This document shows, piece after piece, positions 25,335-35,274 of a stretch of DNA of 64,000 bases; within the stretch, counting starts at the first letter, position 1; each line of letters begins with the position of its first letter. The DNA is taken from assembly GCA_040905385.1 (NCBI GenBank), contig JBBDRP010000002.1, positions 523,526 through 587,525 of the forward strand. Direction: 5' to 3'. Position numbers and translations under genes: made by a program. Below the pieces are notes generated by a model. It did not search any database, had not been told where the DNA came from, and worked only from the letters and a program-made list of their open reading frames with translations. The stretch comes from Minisyncoccota bacterium (GTDB lineage Bacteria > Patescibacteriota > Minisyncoccia > Phycocordibacterales > SW-6-46-9).

Positions 25335-27351
25335 TATCTACTGTAGCAATCTTTGCATTAGACTGAATAAAGGACTTACGAGCCGAGACATCCTTGCCCA
25401 TCAAGGTGTCAAAAACACGATCGGCCGCCTGGGCATCATCAACTTCTACCCGTTTCAGCGTGCGGGTCTCACGATTCATGGTTGTGTCCCAGAGCTCCTC
25501 GGCGTTCATCTCACCAAGACCCTTGTACCGCTGCAGTGATACATTCCCAGCCGACTTGGCTGCTTCCTCGAGATCCTCTTCACTATCTGCGTCAACCAGA
25601 GATTTTAGGTACGCAACCTTTTCGTCCTCGGTATAAACAAACTTCTCTTCCTTTCCGTGCGTAATTTTATACAGGGGCGGCTGCGCAATATAAACAAACC
25701 CTGCATCAATCAGTGGCTCGAAGTATCGATACAACAGCGTCAAAAGCAAGGTGCGAATGTGGGCGCCATCAACATCCGCATCGGTCGCAATAATAATTTT
25801 ATGATAGCGCAAATCCTCAATATCAAACGTATCACCGATTCCGGTACCAAGTGCAATTACCAGGTTTCGGATTGTTTCTGACTTAAGAATACGGTCAAGG
25901 CGCTTGCGCTCAACATTCAGGATCTTTCCGCGCAGTGGCAGAATAGCCTGCGTACGGCGGTCACGACCGGTCTTGGCGGTACCACCGGCTGAGTCACCCT
26001 CCACCACAAAGAGCTCTGCTTCATGAGCCTTCTTTGTCTGGCAATCAGAAAGCTTACCGGGCAGCCGGACATTCTCAAGCGCACCTTTACGAATCACATT
26101 ATCCTTGGCTGCCTTAGCAGCTTTGCGAGCTCGAAGAGCCAGCTGTACCTTAGTCGCAATTGCCTTGGCGTCAGACGGATGCTCCTCGAAAAACTGGGCG
26201 AGGCTGTCATTAAAGACCTTCTCAACAACACTTCGTGCCTCTGGGCTTCCAAGCTTAGCCTTAGTCTGCCCCTCGAACTGTACCTCCGGAAGCTTCACAG
26301 AGATAACCGCCGTAAGACCTTCCAGCGCATCATCACCAGCAAAGTTGTCATCCTTTTCCTTCAGAATTCCCTCGTCACGAGCATAGGAGTTAAGTGTCCG
26401 CGTCAGTGCCGACTTGAACCCAGTAATATGAGTTCCTCCCTCCTTGGTATAAATATTGTTAGCAAAGGCATTTAGGCGAGTTGATACCTCATCTACATAC
26501 TGAAGAGCAATCTCTACCTCGATGTCATCCACCTCCTTCTTTTCATGAAAAATTGTCTTGTGCAGATGCTCGTAATTCTGGTTGTAATCACGAACCAGGC
26601 TACGCAATCCACCCTCGAAGTAGTACGTCTGCGACGGTACCTCCAGACCAAGCTCATCAAAATAGAAAACTTTTGAATCATCAATATCACCTTTATAATC
26701 CCGAGCATCGATAATGTGTACTCGGAGCTCCGGTACCAAATATGCCTGTTGCCGGAGGTACGAGACAATTCGCTCCCACTTGAAATCAAGGGTTTCGAAG
26801 ACATCTTCGTCTGGTTGAAAGGACACAATTGTCCCGGTCTTATCTGACTTGCCGAGCTTTTTAACATCATCCTGACGTACACCAATCTTATATTCCTGCA
26901 TGTACTCACCACCATCGCGATGAACCACTACCTTGGCCCAGGTTGATAACGCATTGACTACCGAGATACCAACTCCGTGCAGACCTCCGGACACCTTATA
27001 GCCCTCACCACCAAACTTACCTCCGGCGTGCAGTGTAGTCATGATGACCTCCAGCGCAGAGGCACCAACATCCTTGTGCTCATCAACCGGAATACCACGA
27101 CCATTATCAGTGATTCTAACCTTGTTATCAGGCAGCAAAACCACCTCGATATGATCGGCATAGTCGGCCATAGCCTCATCACGAGAGTTATCAAATACCT
27201 CAGTAATCAAATGATGTAGTCCATCAATACCGGTAGTACCGATATACATTCCCGGTCGCTTACGCACCGGGTCTAACCCCTCTAAAACTTCGATATCAGC
27301 AGCGGCATAGTTAGACGCGTTTTTTGGTTTTTTATCTTTTTTCTTAGCCAT
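25330..27351 (-). CDS. gyrB: DNA gyrase subunit B
   Basis: GHKL ATPase motifs; TOPRIM EGDSAGG; C-terminal GyrB tail. Confidence 0.95.
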   Translation of the reverse strand: MAKKKDKKPKNASNYAAADIEVLEGLDPVRKRPGMYIGTTGIDGLHHLITEVFDNSRDEAMADYADHIEVVLLPDNKVRITDNGRGIPVDEHKDVGASALEVIMTTLHAGGKFGGEGYKVSGGLHGVGISVVNALSTWAKVVVHRDGGEYMQEYKIGVRQDDVKKLGKSDKTGTIVSFQPDEDVFETLDFKWERIVSYLRQQAYLVPELRVHIIDARDYKGDIDDSKVFYFDELGLEVPSQTYYFEGGLRSLVRDYNQNYEHLHKTIFHEKKEVDDIEVEIALQYVDEVSTRLNAFANNIYTKEGGTHITGFKSALTRTLNSYARDEGILKEKDDNFAGDDALEGLTAVISVKLPEVQFEGQTKAKLGSPEARSVVEKVFNDSLAQFFEEHPSDAKAIATKVQLALRARKAAKAAKDNVIRKGALENVRLPGKLSDCQTKKAHEAELFVVEGDSAGGTAKTGRDRRTQAILPLRGKILNVERKRLDRILKSETIRNLVIALGTGIGDTFDIEDLRYHKIIIATDADVDGAHIRTLLLTLLYRYFEPLIDAGFVYIAQPPLYKITHGKEEKFVYTEDEKVAYLKSLVDADSEEDLEEAAKSAGNVSLQRYKGLGEMNAEELWDTTMNRETRTLKRVEVDDAQAADRVFDTLMGKDVSARKSFIQSNAKIATVDI

Positions 27352-27478
27352 TATGTATCGAAAAATCTAACACTCTTTCTATGTATTTCGTACCTTTATT
27401 ATAGCATAGAACATAGGTACATTATCAACAGATTTCTTGATATACATAAATGCTACATCTCAGTTATAATGATTTCAA

Positions 27479-28165
27479 ATGCGATTGTCCTTCATTGACA
27501 AACAAGCAGCCAACGAAATTATCGCTGCCGTGCTGCAGGAGATAAAAACCGATGAGAAGGCAGCGGCACTCTCCTTTTCCCGGCTTCATACTGACCTTTC
27601 AGCACAAGCTCGAAACCTGTCAGAGAAAATTCGCTCTATTCGGCCACATCATTACGGACTCAACCGCAAAGCAGTACCACCACAAAAGGCAGGTAATCTC
27701 GTCGTGGTACGCAATCAATACTATGCCACAGCAGATGGGTGGCACTCTATTCCGCCACGACTGGTGCCGCGGCACACGTTTCGCAGCTTTCAGGCCATGA
27801 ATCACACGCTAAAGAAGGATATCGGTCACGAGCTTGTGATTCAGTCGGGCTACCGCTCGCCAGCCTATCAGTTGTTTATATTTCTTTTCCAGCTCAAGGA
27901 AAAAGACTGGGATGTCGAAAAGACCCTACAGACGGTAACCTTGCCTGGTTACAGCGAGCATGCCGCAACCGGCAGTCAGGCGTTGGATTTACGCGCATCA
28001 AAATTTTACGGACCGCATGATATGTACGAATTTACCCGCGTGCCCTCATACGGTTGGCTGCTAGATCATGCTGGTGAGTTTGGTTTCTCCTTAAGTTATC
28101 CAGAGGGTAACAATACTGGGACTGATTTTGAACCGTGGCATTGGCGACATCAATCTACAGCATAA
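27479..28165 (+). CDS. D-Ala-D-Ala carboxypeptidase, VanY/peptidase M15B family
   Basis: SGYRSPAYQ, LPGYSEHAATGSQALDL and EPWHWRH zinc-ligand motifs. Confidence 0.75.
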   Translation: MRLSFIDKQAANEIIAAVLQEIKTDEKAAALSFSRLHTDLSAQARNLSEKIRSIRPHHYGLNRKAVPPQKAGNLVVVRNQYYATADGWHSIPPRLVPRHTFRSFQAMNHTLKKDIGHELVIQSGYRSPAYQLFIFLFQLKEKDWDVEKTLQTVTLPGYSEHAATGSQALDLRASKFYGPHDMYEFTRVPSYGWLLDHAGEFGFSLSYPEGNNTGTDFEPWHWRHQSTA

Positions 28166-28249
28166 TTTAATTTTCTTTCATACTTGCGCACTTGAGTGCT
28201 TTGACTAAGCTAATAATTTGAGAGATGAGTATATCAACCTAAGAAAGCC

Positions 28250-28287
28250 GCTTAGTATCCCGCAAGTCGGGACACTAAGCTTTTTTT
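28250..28287 (+). terminator. Intrinsic terminator GCTTAGTATCCCG-CAAGT-CGGGACACTAAGC followed by T7
   Basis: Read directly; lies 85 nt after the VanY stop codon. Confidence 0.7.
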
Positions 28288-28512
28288 CACCTTGAGGCGT
28301 TGGATTAATCAATAGTTCAATATAATCCATTCTATCCTTAGCGCTGGCTCACTGAAATCTTCGCACTACCGTGTCGAAGATTTTCAGCTCGCATCAAGTC
28401 TTCGTTTTTCTACGACGCTTTTGTTTCTTGGACACAATTATCTGCTCCACAGGAACCATACAAACTTCGCTGGGCGAGATTTCTTAAAAAGGGTGGGCTC
28501 GTTTTTATAGTA

Positions 28513-28545
28513 AAACCCTCACAGAATTTAATTCTGTGAGGGTTT
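28513..28545 (-). terminator. Perfect 15-bp hairpin AAACCCTCACAGAAT-TTAA-ATTCTGTGAGGGTTT, U-tract on the minus strand
   Basis: Probable terminator of the minus-strand small gene 28665-28868. Confidence 0.5.
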
Positions 28546-28664
28546 GTGTAGTTATCTTAAAAATATTGAAGCGAGGGGAACGGTTCTTGTTCTCCGCTTG
28601 TCTCGAATGAGAGAGCCAGAATTACCCGTTTAGAAGCTTTTGCTCAGCCTGTTGCTACAAATCA

Positions 28665-28868
28665 TCAAAACTTTGAAGTGAACACTTCGTTCATTAATTC
28701 ACGTGTTGTGATTTCGGCAAATTCCATTGCCTCTTTAGTTTCGATACCAATTTTTTTAGCCTGATCACCAATCTCTTCTGGCAAACTAGAGCTAATGTTG
28801 ATACCTTGGTCTCTAAATCGCTGTTTTAATAGCATAAGCGCGATTTCTTGCTGTCTTTGTTCGGTCAT
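28665..28868 (-). CDS. Hypothetical small protein (67 aa)
   Basis: ORF only; possibly a small DNA-binding or antitoxin-like fold. Not established. Confidence 0.35.
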   Translation of the reverse strand: MTEQRQQEIALMLLKQRFRDQGINISSSLPEEIGDQAKKIGIETKEAMEFAEITTRELMNEVFTSKF

Positions 28869-28882
28869 AATGACCTCTTTTT

Positions 28883-28947
28883 TTATTATGGAATTATATA
28901 GATGTAAGCAGAGCTTTTCTGCCTACATCTATATAATTCCATAATTA
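28883..28947. terminator. ~30-bp near-perfect stem TTATTATGGAATTATATAGATGTAAGCAGA-GCTT-TCTGCCTACATCTATATAATTCCATAATTA
   Basis: Read directly (2 mismatches); lies just downstream of the pheT stop codon. Confidence 0.6.
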
Positions 28948-29019
28948 CTTCACTATGTCAATCCCTCTTTTCTAAGGCTGCAATTTAAATTGCAGTTGCT
29001 AACTTATGAACCCATCTTG

Positions 29020-31356
29020 TTATCGTACCGAAAAGCCATCATTACCCTCAAGCCTCGTCTCAATTGACTGCATGTGTTCATTCACCTCCGCGTCACTCAG
29101 CGTGCGCTCATCGGACTGAAAGACCAACTTAAACGCATAAGAAATCTGGTTGTCTTTTTCGTACGTATCAAAAAGATTTGCAGCTACTAAAAGTTCACCA
29201 GCGACATCCTGAATAATGCTCTTTACATCACCCGGTTCGGCTCCGTCCGGTGTCCAGACAGCCACATCCCGAAGAACGTACGGATACATTGACGGCGTTC
29301 GGAATGATACTGGAGAAAACAGCGACGTATCATCTGTTACCGGCGATTCCGATGACATCTCCTGATTTTCTGGCAGTAGCGCTGTTGCAATCCCGTTGCT
29401 TACCTCCGGCTCAAAATCATAGTCAAACTTTCCGGAAAGCATACTGAAAACCTCAGTAATATCCTCGTCACCAGTATCACTATCGCTACCAACTGCCAAG
29501 GAGAAAACTTCTCGGTCATTTAGAAACACCTTGCCGATCTCGAACACCTGCAGATTCTCTGCAGCAAGAACCGGTTTATGTGTTTCGTTTGTATCTAAAA
29601 CGGTCGTAATATTATCTCGTAGTGTACTGCGCAGATACGCCTTGTCCTCTGCTACCGGATTTTTTAGCCTTACTTTCCCATCCTCAACCAGCGAGTAGGT
29701 CTTGACTTCGGTGTAGCCGAGCGAAACTAATGAGTCGCGAATATGACCACGAACATTTTCATCTACTGCTGGTGACACCTTATCTGGCATCACCGGCTGA
29801 ATCTTGTCGTACCCGTACACCCGCCCGACCTCCTCAATGAGATCCTGGCTATAGCGAAGGTCAGTGCGCCAATCTGGAATAGTGGCCACGATCCGTTCAT
29901 CGGCGAGCTCAGGAACGCGTCCATAGCCGACAGTATTTTCAAACTGCTTTGCTTCCTGCAGCGGCTCAATTACAACACCGCCATCGCCGTCATGACTATG
30001 GCGAGAGGCGTGCGCAATTTCTCCATTTCCAAGGTAAATTCCACAGTGATCAACACCTTCAGGAATATCTGTGCCAGCCATATACTCTTTTGTTTGATAG
30101 TAGATTTCACCACCCTCATCTTTCCCTGTATTAGCAAAAATAAGATCACCGGCCATAAGGTCTGATTCGCTTAGGCGTTCAGTATAAGCAAACTGATCGA
30201 CACTGATTCGTGGCAGCGCAATACCGGCCTGTACAAACATCCAGCTAACAAATGAAGAGCAGTCAAACGCCTTCGGAGCATCAGCCGTAACACTCGCACC
30301 ATATTTATACGGTGTGCCGACCTGATCAGGAGCCAACAAAGAAATATGCTGGGTCGGATTAACCACTTCTGTTTCGCAACCAAGCTGGTTCAGGATATCA
30401 ATAGTTTCCGTGGTTGAGATATCTGTACCTAAAAGCGCATTAACATGCTGGGTAGTTACTCCTACTTTATACGGTGCCTGTGGACGCGGATACACGTCAA
30501 GCACATCATCAGCAATCGTTGCATCAGCTACTTCCTGAATGAGCTGACTGAAGCGTTCCATTGCCCGCCGAGAGCGTGCTGCTGGTACATCATTCTCGAA
30601 CCGTTTCGAGGCATCGGTGCGGAGATTCAGCTTCTGTGATGTCTTGCGAATTGTGGCTGGATCAAACGAGCAAACACTAAGCATTACCTTAGTCGTGCTC
30701 TCATCAATACCACTTACCTGCCCACCCTTGATACCAGCAATATCCAGAGCCTTCTGGGAATCCGCAATGACCGGCATTCCTGGCTCGAGTGTGAAGACAT
30801 CACCATCCAGCGTTGTGATCTCTTCACCAGCCTCCGCCGAGCGGATCATAATTTCCATCCTGTCTTCACCGGCCAGCTTATCGTAATCAAAGGCATGCAC
30901 CGGCTGTCCTAGCTCGAAGGTCAGATAGTTAGTAATGTCTACCACATTATTTATACTTTTCTGCCCTAGTACCTTCAATTGATCACGAAGCCAGTCGGGT
31001 GATGGGCCAACCTCAACATCGAATGCGAGACGCTTCAATGCCCGACGGCAGGAACTGGTCTCAATCGCCAGCGAGAGGGCATCGGCTGATTTTAGCTGTT
31101 TGTCTACCTGAACTTTCGGACCAATCGGCGTAAACGTAAGATCTGCAAGCACTGCCAACTCGCGCGCAACACCCTCATGGCAAAGTGAGTCACTGGCCCG
31201 GTTTGGTAGTACATCTATATCAAAAACTGTGTCATTATCGATCGCGCGAAATCCTTCCACCTCATACGCACCATGTGTCAGTACATCCGCGACCTCTGCC
31301 GGAGTAGGTAAATCTTCCTTAATATAATCTTGTAGCCACCTGTAAGATATTTTCAT
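29020..31356 (-). CDS. pheT: Phenylalanyl-tRNA synthetase beta subunit with an inserted NlpC/P60 peptidase domain; lacks the B2 tRNA-binding domain
   Basis: N-terminus MKISYRWLQDYI; B3/B4, B5 (DLIEEVGRVYGYDKI), catalytic-like and FDX-ACB domains are all present. Residues ~333-488 read YKYGASVTADAPKAFDCSSFVSWMFVQAGIALPRISVDQ...GDLIFANTG...DHCGIYLGNGEIAHAS, an NlpC/P60 fold with its Cys-His-His triad. Confidence 0.9.
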   Translation of the reverse strand: MKISYRWLQDYIKEDLPTPAEVADVLTHGAYEVEGFRAIDNDTVFDIDVLPNRASDSLCHEGVARELAVLADLTFTPIGPKVQVDKQLKSADALSLAIETSSCRRALKRLAFDVEVGPSPDWLRDQLKVLGQKSINNVVDITNYLTFELGQPVHAFDYDKLAGEDRMEIMIRSAEAGEEITTLDGDVFTLEPGMPVIADSQKALDIAGIKGGQVSGIDESTTKVMLSVCSFDPATIRKTSQKLNLRTDASKRFENDVPAARSRRAMERFSQLIQEVADATIADDVLDVYPRPQAPYKVGVTTQHVNALLGTDISTTETIDILNQLGCETEVVNPTQHISLLAPDQVGTPYKYGASVTADAPKAFDCSSFVSWMFVQAGIALPRISVDQFAYTERLSESDLMAGDLIFANTGKDEGGEIYYQTKEYMAGTDIPEGVDHCGIYLGNGEIAHASRHSHDGDGGVVIEPLQEAKQFENTVGYGRVPELADERIVATIPDWRTDLRYSQDLIEEVGRVYGYDKIQPVMPDKVSPAVDENVRGHIRDSLVSLGYTEVKTYSLVEDGKVRLKNPVAEDKAYLRSTLRDNITTVLDTNETHKPVLAAENLQVFEIGKVFLNDREVFSLAVGSDSDTGDEDITEVFSMLSGKFDYDFEPEVSNGIATALLPENQEMSSESPVTDDTSLFSPVSFRTPSMYPYVLRDVAVWTPDGAEPGDVKSIIQDVAGELLVAANLFDTYEKDNQISYAFKLVFQSDERTLSDAEVNEHMQSIETRLEGNDGFSVR

Positions 31357-31487
31357 AATATGTAATCACTTCACCATGTCGTAATACTAACAATTTTGAA
31401 TGCAATTCGAGGCTTGTGCAAGAAATTTCACGAAGTGTACAGAAGTTACAGTGAGTGATATTTCGCTGCACGTAACGAAGAAGCGCG

Positions 31488-32243
31488 TCAAAATTGTTGT
31501 ATTACACGCAAATCACCGTTATAGAAAAGCCTAACATCCGGTACGCCGTGCTTCAGCATCAACAGCCGATCAATACCGACGCCAAAGGCAAAGCCTTGAA
31601 AATCTCGCGGATCAATCCCAACATTTTCCAGCACATTTGGATGCACCATTCCGGCACCCATCACCTCTATCCAGGGATTGTCCTCCATGTCACCCGAGGA
31701 TTCCTTGCGACGCATATCAACCTCCACCCCCGGCTCAACGAACGGAAAGTAGCTCGGTCGGAAACGTACTTCCGTCTCCCCGGTAAAAAAAGCTGAGAAA
31801 AAATGCTCTAGCACACCTTTCAGGTGGGCCAGCGTAATATCAGTATCGACCAGCAAACCCTCCAGCTGATAAAACTGGGTTTCGTGAGTGGCATCAGTAG
31901 CTTCGTAACGAAATACTTTTCCAGGAGCAATGATACGAATCGGTGGTTGATTATCTTCCATGTGCCGAATCTGCACGTTTGAGGTATGCGTCCGTAGCAG
32001 ATCACCAAGCTGATTCTCCTCGAGCCAGAACGTGTCCCAGAGATCACGAGCCGGATGATCAGCCGGAATGTTCAAGGCGTCAAAGTTGTAATGCTCGGTC
32101 TCAACATGCGGACCCTCGGCCAAAGAAAAACCAAGTTCACGAAAGATGGATTCGATCTCCTTAATCGCCAGCGAGATTGGATGGTAGTGCCCAACTTTTT
32201 CATTTTTATTACTTTTCGACATCATAGATATAGTACCAAACAT
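31488..32243 (-). CDS. pheS: Phenylalanyl-tRNA synthetase alpha subunit (core only)
   Basis: Class II motifs FRPSYFPFVEPGVEVD and GFAFGVGIDRLLML; directly upstream of pheT. Confidence 0.9.
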   Translation of the reverse strand: MFGTISMMSKSNKNEKVGHYHPISLAIKEIESIFRELGFSLAEGPHVETEHYNFDALNIPADHPARDLWDTFWLEENQLGDLLRTHTSNVQIRHMEDNQPPIRIIAPGKVFRYEATDATHETQFYQLEGLLVDTDITLAHLKGVLEHFFSAFFTGETEVRFRPSYFPFVEPGVEVDMRRKESSGDMEDNPWIEVMGAGMVHPNVLENVGIDPRDFQGFAFGVGIDRLLMLKHGVPDVRLFYNGDLRVIQQF

Positions 32244-32290
32244 TTGAAAGGATTTTCTTTAACGAGCGGCTTTCAAAGTTATGATTCGGC

Positions 32291-32415
32291 CACGAATAAA
32301 TTTACTGACGTAAATTTTTCTCGGCCCCGCCTCGTGGTTTTTGCCTTCAGCAAAGCTGAAACAAAAACATCACTGCGGCTTTCGAATCCTTACGACCATG
32401 CATAAATGCATGGTC
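32291..32415. repeat. Conserved tRNA-adjacent element, copy B (palindrome 32298-32317; terminal 10-bp hairpin 32394-32415)
   Basis: AATAAATTTACTGACGTAAATTTTTCTCGgCCCCGcCTCGTGGTTTTTGC...AAACAAAAACATCACTGCG, located next to the 3' side of tRNA-Thr. Confidence 0.6.
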
Positions 32416-32440
32416 TCGCCGTTCATTCATTGTATTCATG

Positions 32441-32513
32441 AGCCGGCGAGAGGATTCGAACCCCCGACCTGCCCCTTACAAGGGGGCTGCTCTACCAACT
32501 GAGCTACACCGGC
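32441..32513 (-). tRNA. tRNA-Thr (anticodon TGT)
   Basis: Reverse complement folds as GCCGGTG...anticodon stem GCCCC-CTTGTAA-GGGGC, T-arm GGGGG-TTCGAAT-CCTCT, acceptor CGCCGGC. Confidence 0.75.
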
Positions 32514-32584
32514 TAATTCTAACTACTCACCTGTCTAATATACACGTACAAGTATAACAAACTATTCTCATCGCTGCCTACAGA

Positions 32585-32851
32585 CTATGAACGCAGCTTG
32601 TGAGCTAACTGTTCTAACCAGGAAGATAAGCGATTACGAATACGTACTCCTAAATCAGCGTAAAGATCACAGATGTAGTGATAGAAAATTTGCAGGCTGC
32701 GAGATATAGCCCGAATCTTTTTAGCTACCACTACATCAGCCTGCCTTCGAATAGAATTAAAGAATAATCGATCTCCGCGATTTAATTCCTTAATTTTCAG
32801 TCCAAAAAAAGCCACCAGTAGCAATAGACTTACTGTGAAAATTATAAACAT
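32585..32851 (-). CDS. Hypothetical small protein (88 aa, N-terminal TM)
   Basis: ORF only. Confidence 0.3.
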   Translation of the reverse strand: MFIIFTVSLLLLVAFFGLKIKELNRGDRLFFNSIRRQADVVVAKKIRAISRSLQIFYHYICDLYADLGVRIRNRLSSWLEQLAHKLRS

Positions 32852-32859
32852 AAAGTAGA

Positions 32860-33450
32860 TTACGAAATCGTTTCAATACGAGAGATTTCGCCAATAGCAA
32901 CATTCTCACCAAACGTCTGTGTAGCCTCATGAAGCAGGTCGGAGATACTTTTTTCATCATCCTTGATGTAAGCCTGCTCAAGAAGAACAAACTTGGAAAA
33001 GTAGCTATCCAGCTTACCAGCAACTGCATTCTCACGAATATCATCAGGCTTGTCAGCGAACTCCTCACCAAATTTCTCTTCCTGGGCAGCGACTTCATCC
33101 TCAGGTACATCCTTACGTGATACATACTGTGGATTCATGGCTGCAACGTGCATCGCAATTTCATACGCGAGCTTCTGGAACTCTTCATTACGAGCCACAA
33201 AATCTGTTTCGCACTGCAGCTCAACGAGCGCTGCTACCGTATTATTAGAGTGAACGTACGAGCTAACAACACCAGCACCAAGATCACGACTGGACTTTTT
33301 AGCTGCTGTCGCCTCGCTTTTCTCTTCAAGGATCTTGATGGCTTTGTCCATATCTCCATCTGCCTCTGTTAGCGCTTCTTTGCACTTCATTACAGAAACC
33401 TGTGTACGCTCACGCAACTCCTTGATGTTTTCCGTTGTAATATCTGCCAT
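32860..33450 (-). CDS. tsf: Elongation factor Ts
   Basis: MADITTENIKELRERTQVSVMKCKEAL is the UBA-like N-terminus; rpsB-tsf order. Start chosen at MADITT. Confidence 0.9.
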   Translation of the reverse strand: MADITTENIKELRERTQVSVMKCKEALTEADGDMDKAIKILEEKSEATAAKKSSRDLGAGVVSSYVHSNNTVAALVELQCETDFVARNEEFQKLAYEIAMHVAAMNPQYVSRKDVPEDEVAAQEEKFGEEFADKPDDIRENAVAGKLDSYFSKFVLLEQAYIKDDEKSISDLLHEATQTFGENVAIGEISRIETIS

Positions 33451-33463
33451 AAATATAAAAAGA

Positions 33464-34195
33464 TTAAAGTGTAATACCGGCTCCGTTAGCGTAAGCATCT
33501 CGCAACTTCTCCATAAAGTAGCGGATACTTGCAGCCCGAGCATCATTGGCAACAATCGGGTAGTCAATCAGGTTAATGTCACAGTCGATGTTAGAGAGAG
33601 ATACAACGGGAACACCTGCCTGATGTGCCTCCTCCACTGCAATGGCGTCATTCTTGCTGTCTACTACTACCATTGCTGCTGGTAGCTTATTCATATTGCG
33701 AATACCGCCAAACTTGTCCTTAAGGCGATCAATTTCACGCTGGAAAAGCAGCTGCTCCTTCTTGGTGTATTTGTCGAGCTCTCCACTTTCCTGCTTGTCC
33801 TCAAGCTCTCCGAGGTGACGGATACGCCCCTGAATATTATTAAAGTTAGTATAGGTACCGCCAATCCATCGTCCGGTGACAAACGGCTGCTCGATAGACG
33901 CAGCTACAGTACGGACGATGTCATTACCTTCATTTTTACTAGTTACGAAAACAACCTGCTCTCCTTCCTTACCTCGCTGGCGCATAAACTCCTCAGCATC
34001 CTCAAGCAAGGACTGCGTCTTTTCCAGATCAATAATCTCAATTCCACCCTTGAGACCAAAGATGTAATCAATAGTTGATGGGTGACGCCGGCTGCGAGCA
34101 AGCCCGTAGTGAGCTCCAGCAGAAAACATCTCACCCAGATCATCTGGGTTGATGTCAGTCTTTTCGGCTTCTTGTAGGGCTGTAGCTTTTGGCAT
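33464..34195 (-). CDS. rpsB: 30S ribosomal protein S2
   Basis: LGEMFSAGAHYGLARSRRHP matches the S2 family; sits upstream of tsf. Confidence 0.9.
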   Translation of the reverse strand: MPKATALQEAEKTDINPDDLGEMFSAGAHYGLARSRRHPSTIDYIFGLKGGIEIIDLEKTQSLLEDAEEFMRQRGKEGEQVVFVTSKNEGNDIVRTVAASIEQPFVTGRWIGGTYTNFNNIQGRIRHLGELEDKQESGELDKYTKKEQLLFQREIDRLKDKFGGIRNMNKLPAAMVVVDSKNDAIAVEEAHQAGVPVVSLSNIDCDINLIDYPIVANDARAASIRYFMEKLRDAYANGAGITL

Positions 34196-34275
34196 AAAAA
34201 ATAGACGCAATTAGCGTCACTAGGGATAGTATCAAAAACTCCCCCGCAATGCAATCACGTAGTCGGCTGTATGGT

Positions 34276-35274
34276 TTATTCCTCCAGTTTGGCCTGCGCA
34301 TCTGCAAGTGCCTGCAGAATACGATCAATCTCCCCCGCCATCACAGCCTCGATGTTCGACCAGCTCTCATTGATACGGTGATCAGTAATGCGATCCTGTG
34401 GAAAGTTGTAGGTGCGAATTTTCTCCGACCGACCACCGGTACCAATCTGATTTTTACGGTGACTGGCGCGCTCAGACGCTTCTTTTTCACGTTGCTTCTC
34501 TTCAAGCTTGGCATGCAGAATCTCCATGGCTCGTTCGCGATTTTTCAACTGCGTACGATCCTCGGTACAACGCACCTGAATACCCGTTGGCTTATGGGTT
34601 ATCTGTACCGCCGACTCAACCTTGTTAACATTCTGTCCGCCAGCACCACCACTGCGCGAAAAGGTCATCTCGATATCCTCGTCCTTGATGTTGATTTGTT
34701 TCTGCTTACGAATCGGTAGAATCGCTACGCTAGCCGTAGACGTATGAATCCGGTCAGCCTTTTCGGTGCTGGGAATTCGCTGTACGCGATGCACACCAGT
34801 CTCAAAGCGCAGGCGTTCGTAGATATCCTTGCCTTTTATCTCGTAGTCGGCCTCCTTTACACCACCAAGAGAGTTTTCTGATACGTTCACCAGCTTCGGC
34901 TTCCATCCCTGGGCAGCACAGTAGTTGAGATACATCTCGACCAACTCACCCGCAAACAAAGAGGCTTCATCACCACCGGCAGCCGCCCGCACCTCCAGCA
35001 CAATCTGATTGGGAAACTCATCGGCCTTCTGTGCCTTGGTAACCATAGAGGTCAGCTGCTCGGTCAATGCCTGCTTTTGCTCCTCGAGTGAACTAACTTC
35101 TTCTGCTACCAGCTCGGCCATCCCTTCATCCTCTCCCATCTTTTCAGTTTCGACTATCTTTTCATCGATGCGGCGCAACTCACCAGCCAGAAATTTTGTT
35201 TCGGGAATCTGTACAAGATCATCAAGATGATCCGCTACTTCTTTTGGTGGTATTTGGTGTAATTCTTTAGGCAT
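34276..35274 (-). CDS. prfA: Peptide chain release factor 1
   Basis: GGQ motif [17 protein letters not shown]; P(S/A)T tripeptide region [15 protein letters not shown]. Start chosen at MPKELHQ. Confidence 0.88.
   Translation of the reverse strand: MPKELHQIPPKEVADHLDDLVQIPETKFLAGELRRIDEKIVETEKMGEDEGMAELVAEEVSSLEEQKQALTEQLTSMVTKAQKADEFPNQIVLEVRAAAGGDEASLFAGELVEMYLNYCAAQGWKPKLVNVSENSLGGVKEADYEIKGKDIYERLRFETGVHRVQRIPSTEKADRIHTSTASVAILPIRKQKQINIKDEDIEMTFSRSGGAGGQNVNKVESAVQITHKPTGIQVRCTEDRTQLKNRERAMEILHAKLEEKQREKEASERASHRKNQIGTGGRSEKIRTYNFPQDRITDHRINESWSNIEAVMAGEIDRILQALADAQAKLEE

Noticed and set aside
28166-28664. tmRNA or RNase P RNA in the 500-bp ORF-free region
   Set aside because: No tRNA-like 3' end with CCA context, no tag-peptide reading frame, and no GGAAAGTCCGG-type P4 motif.
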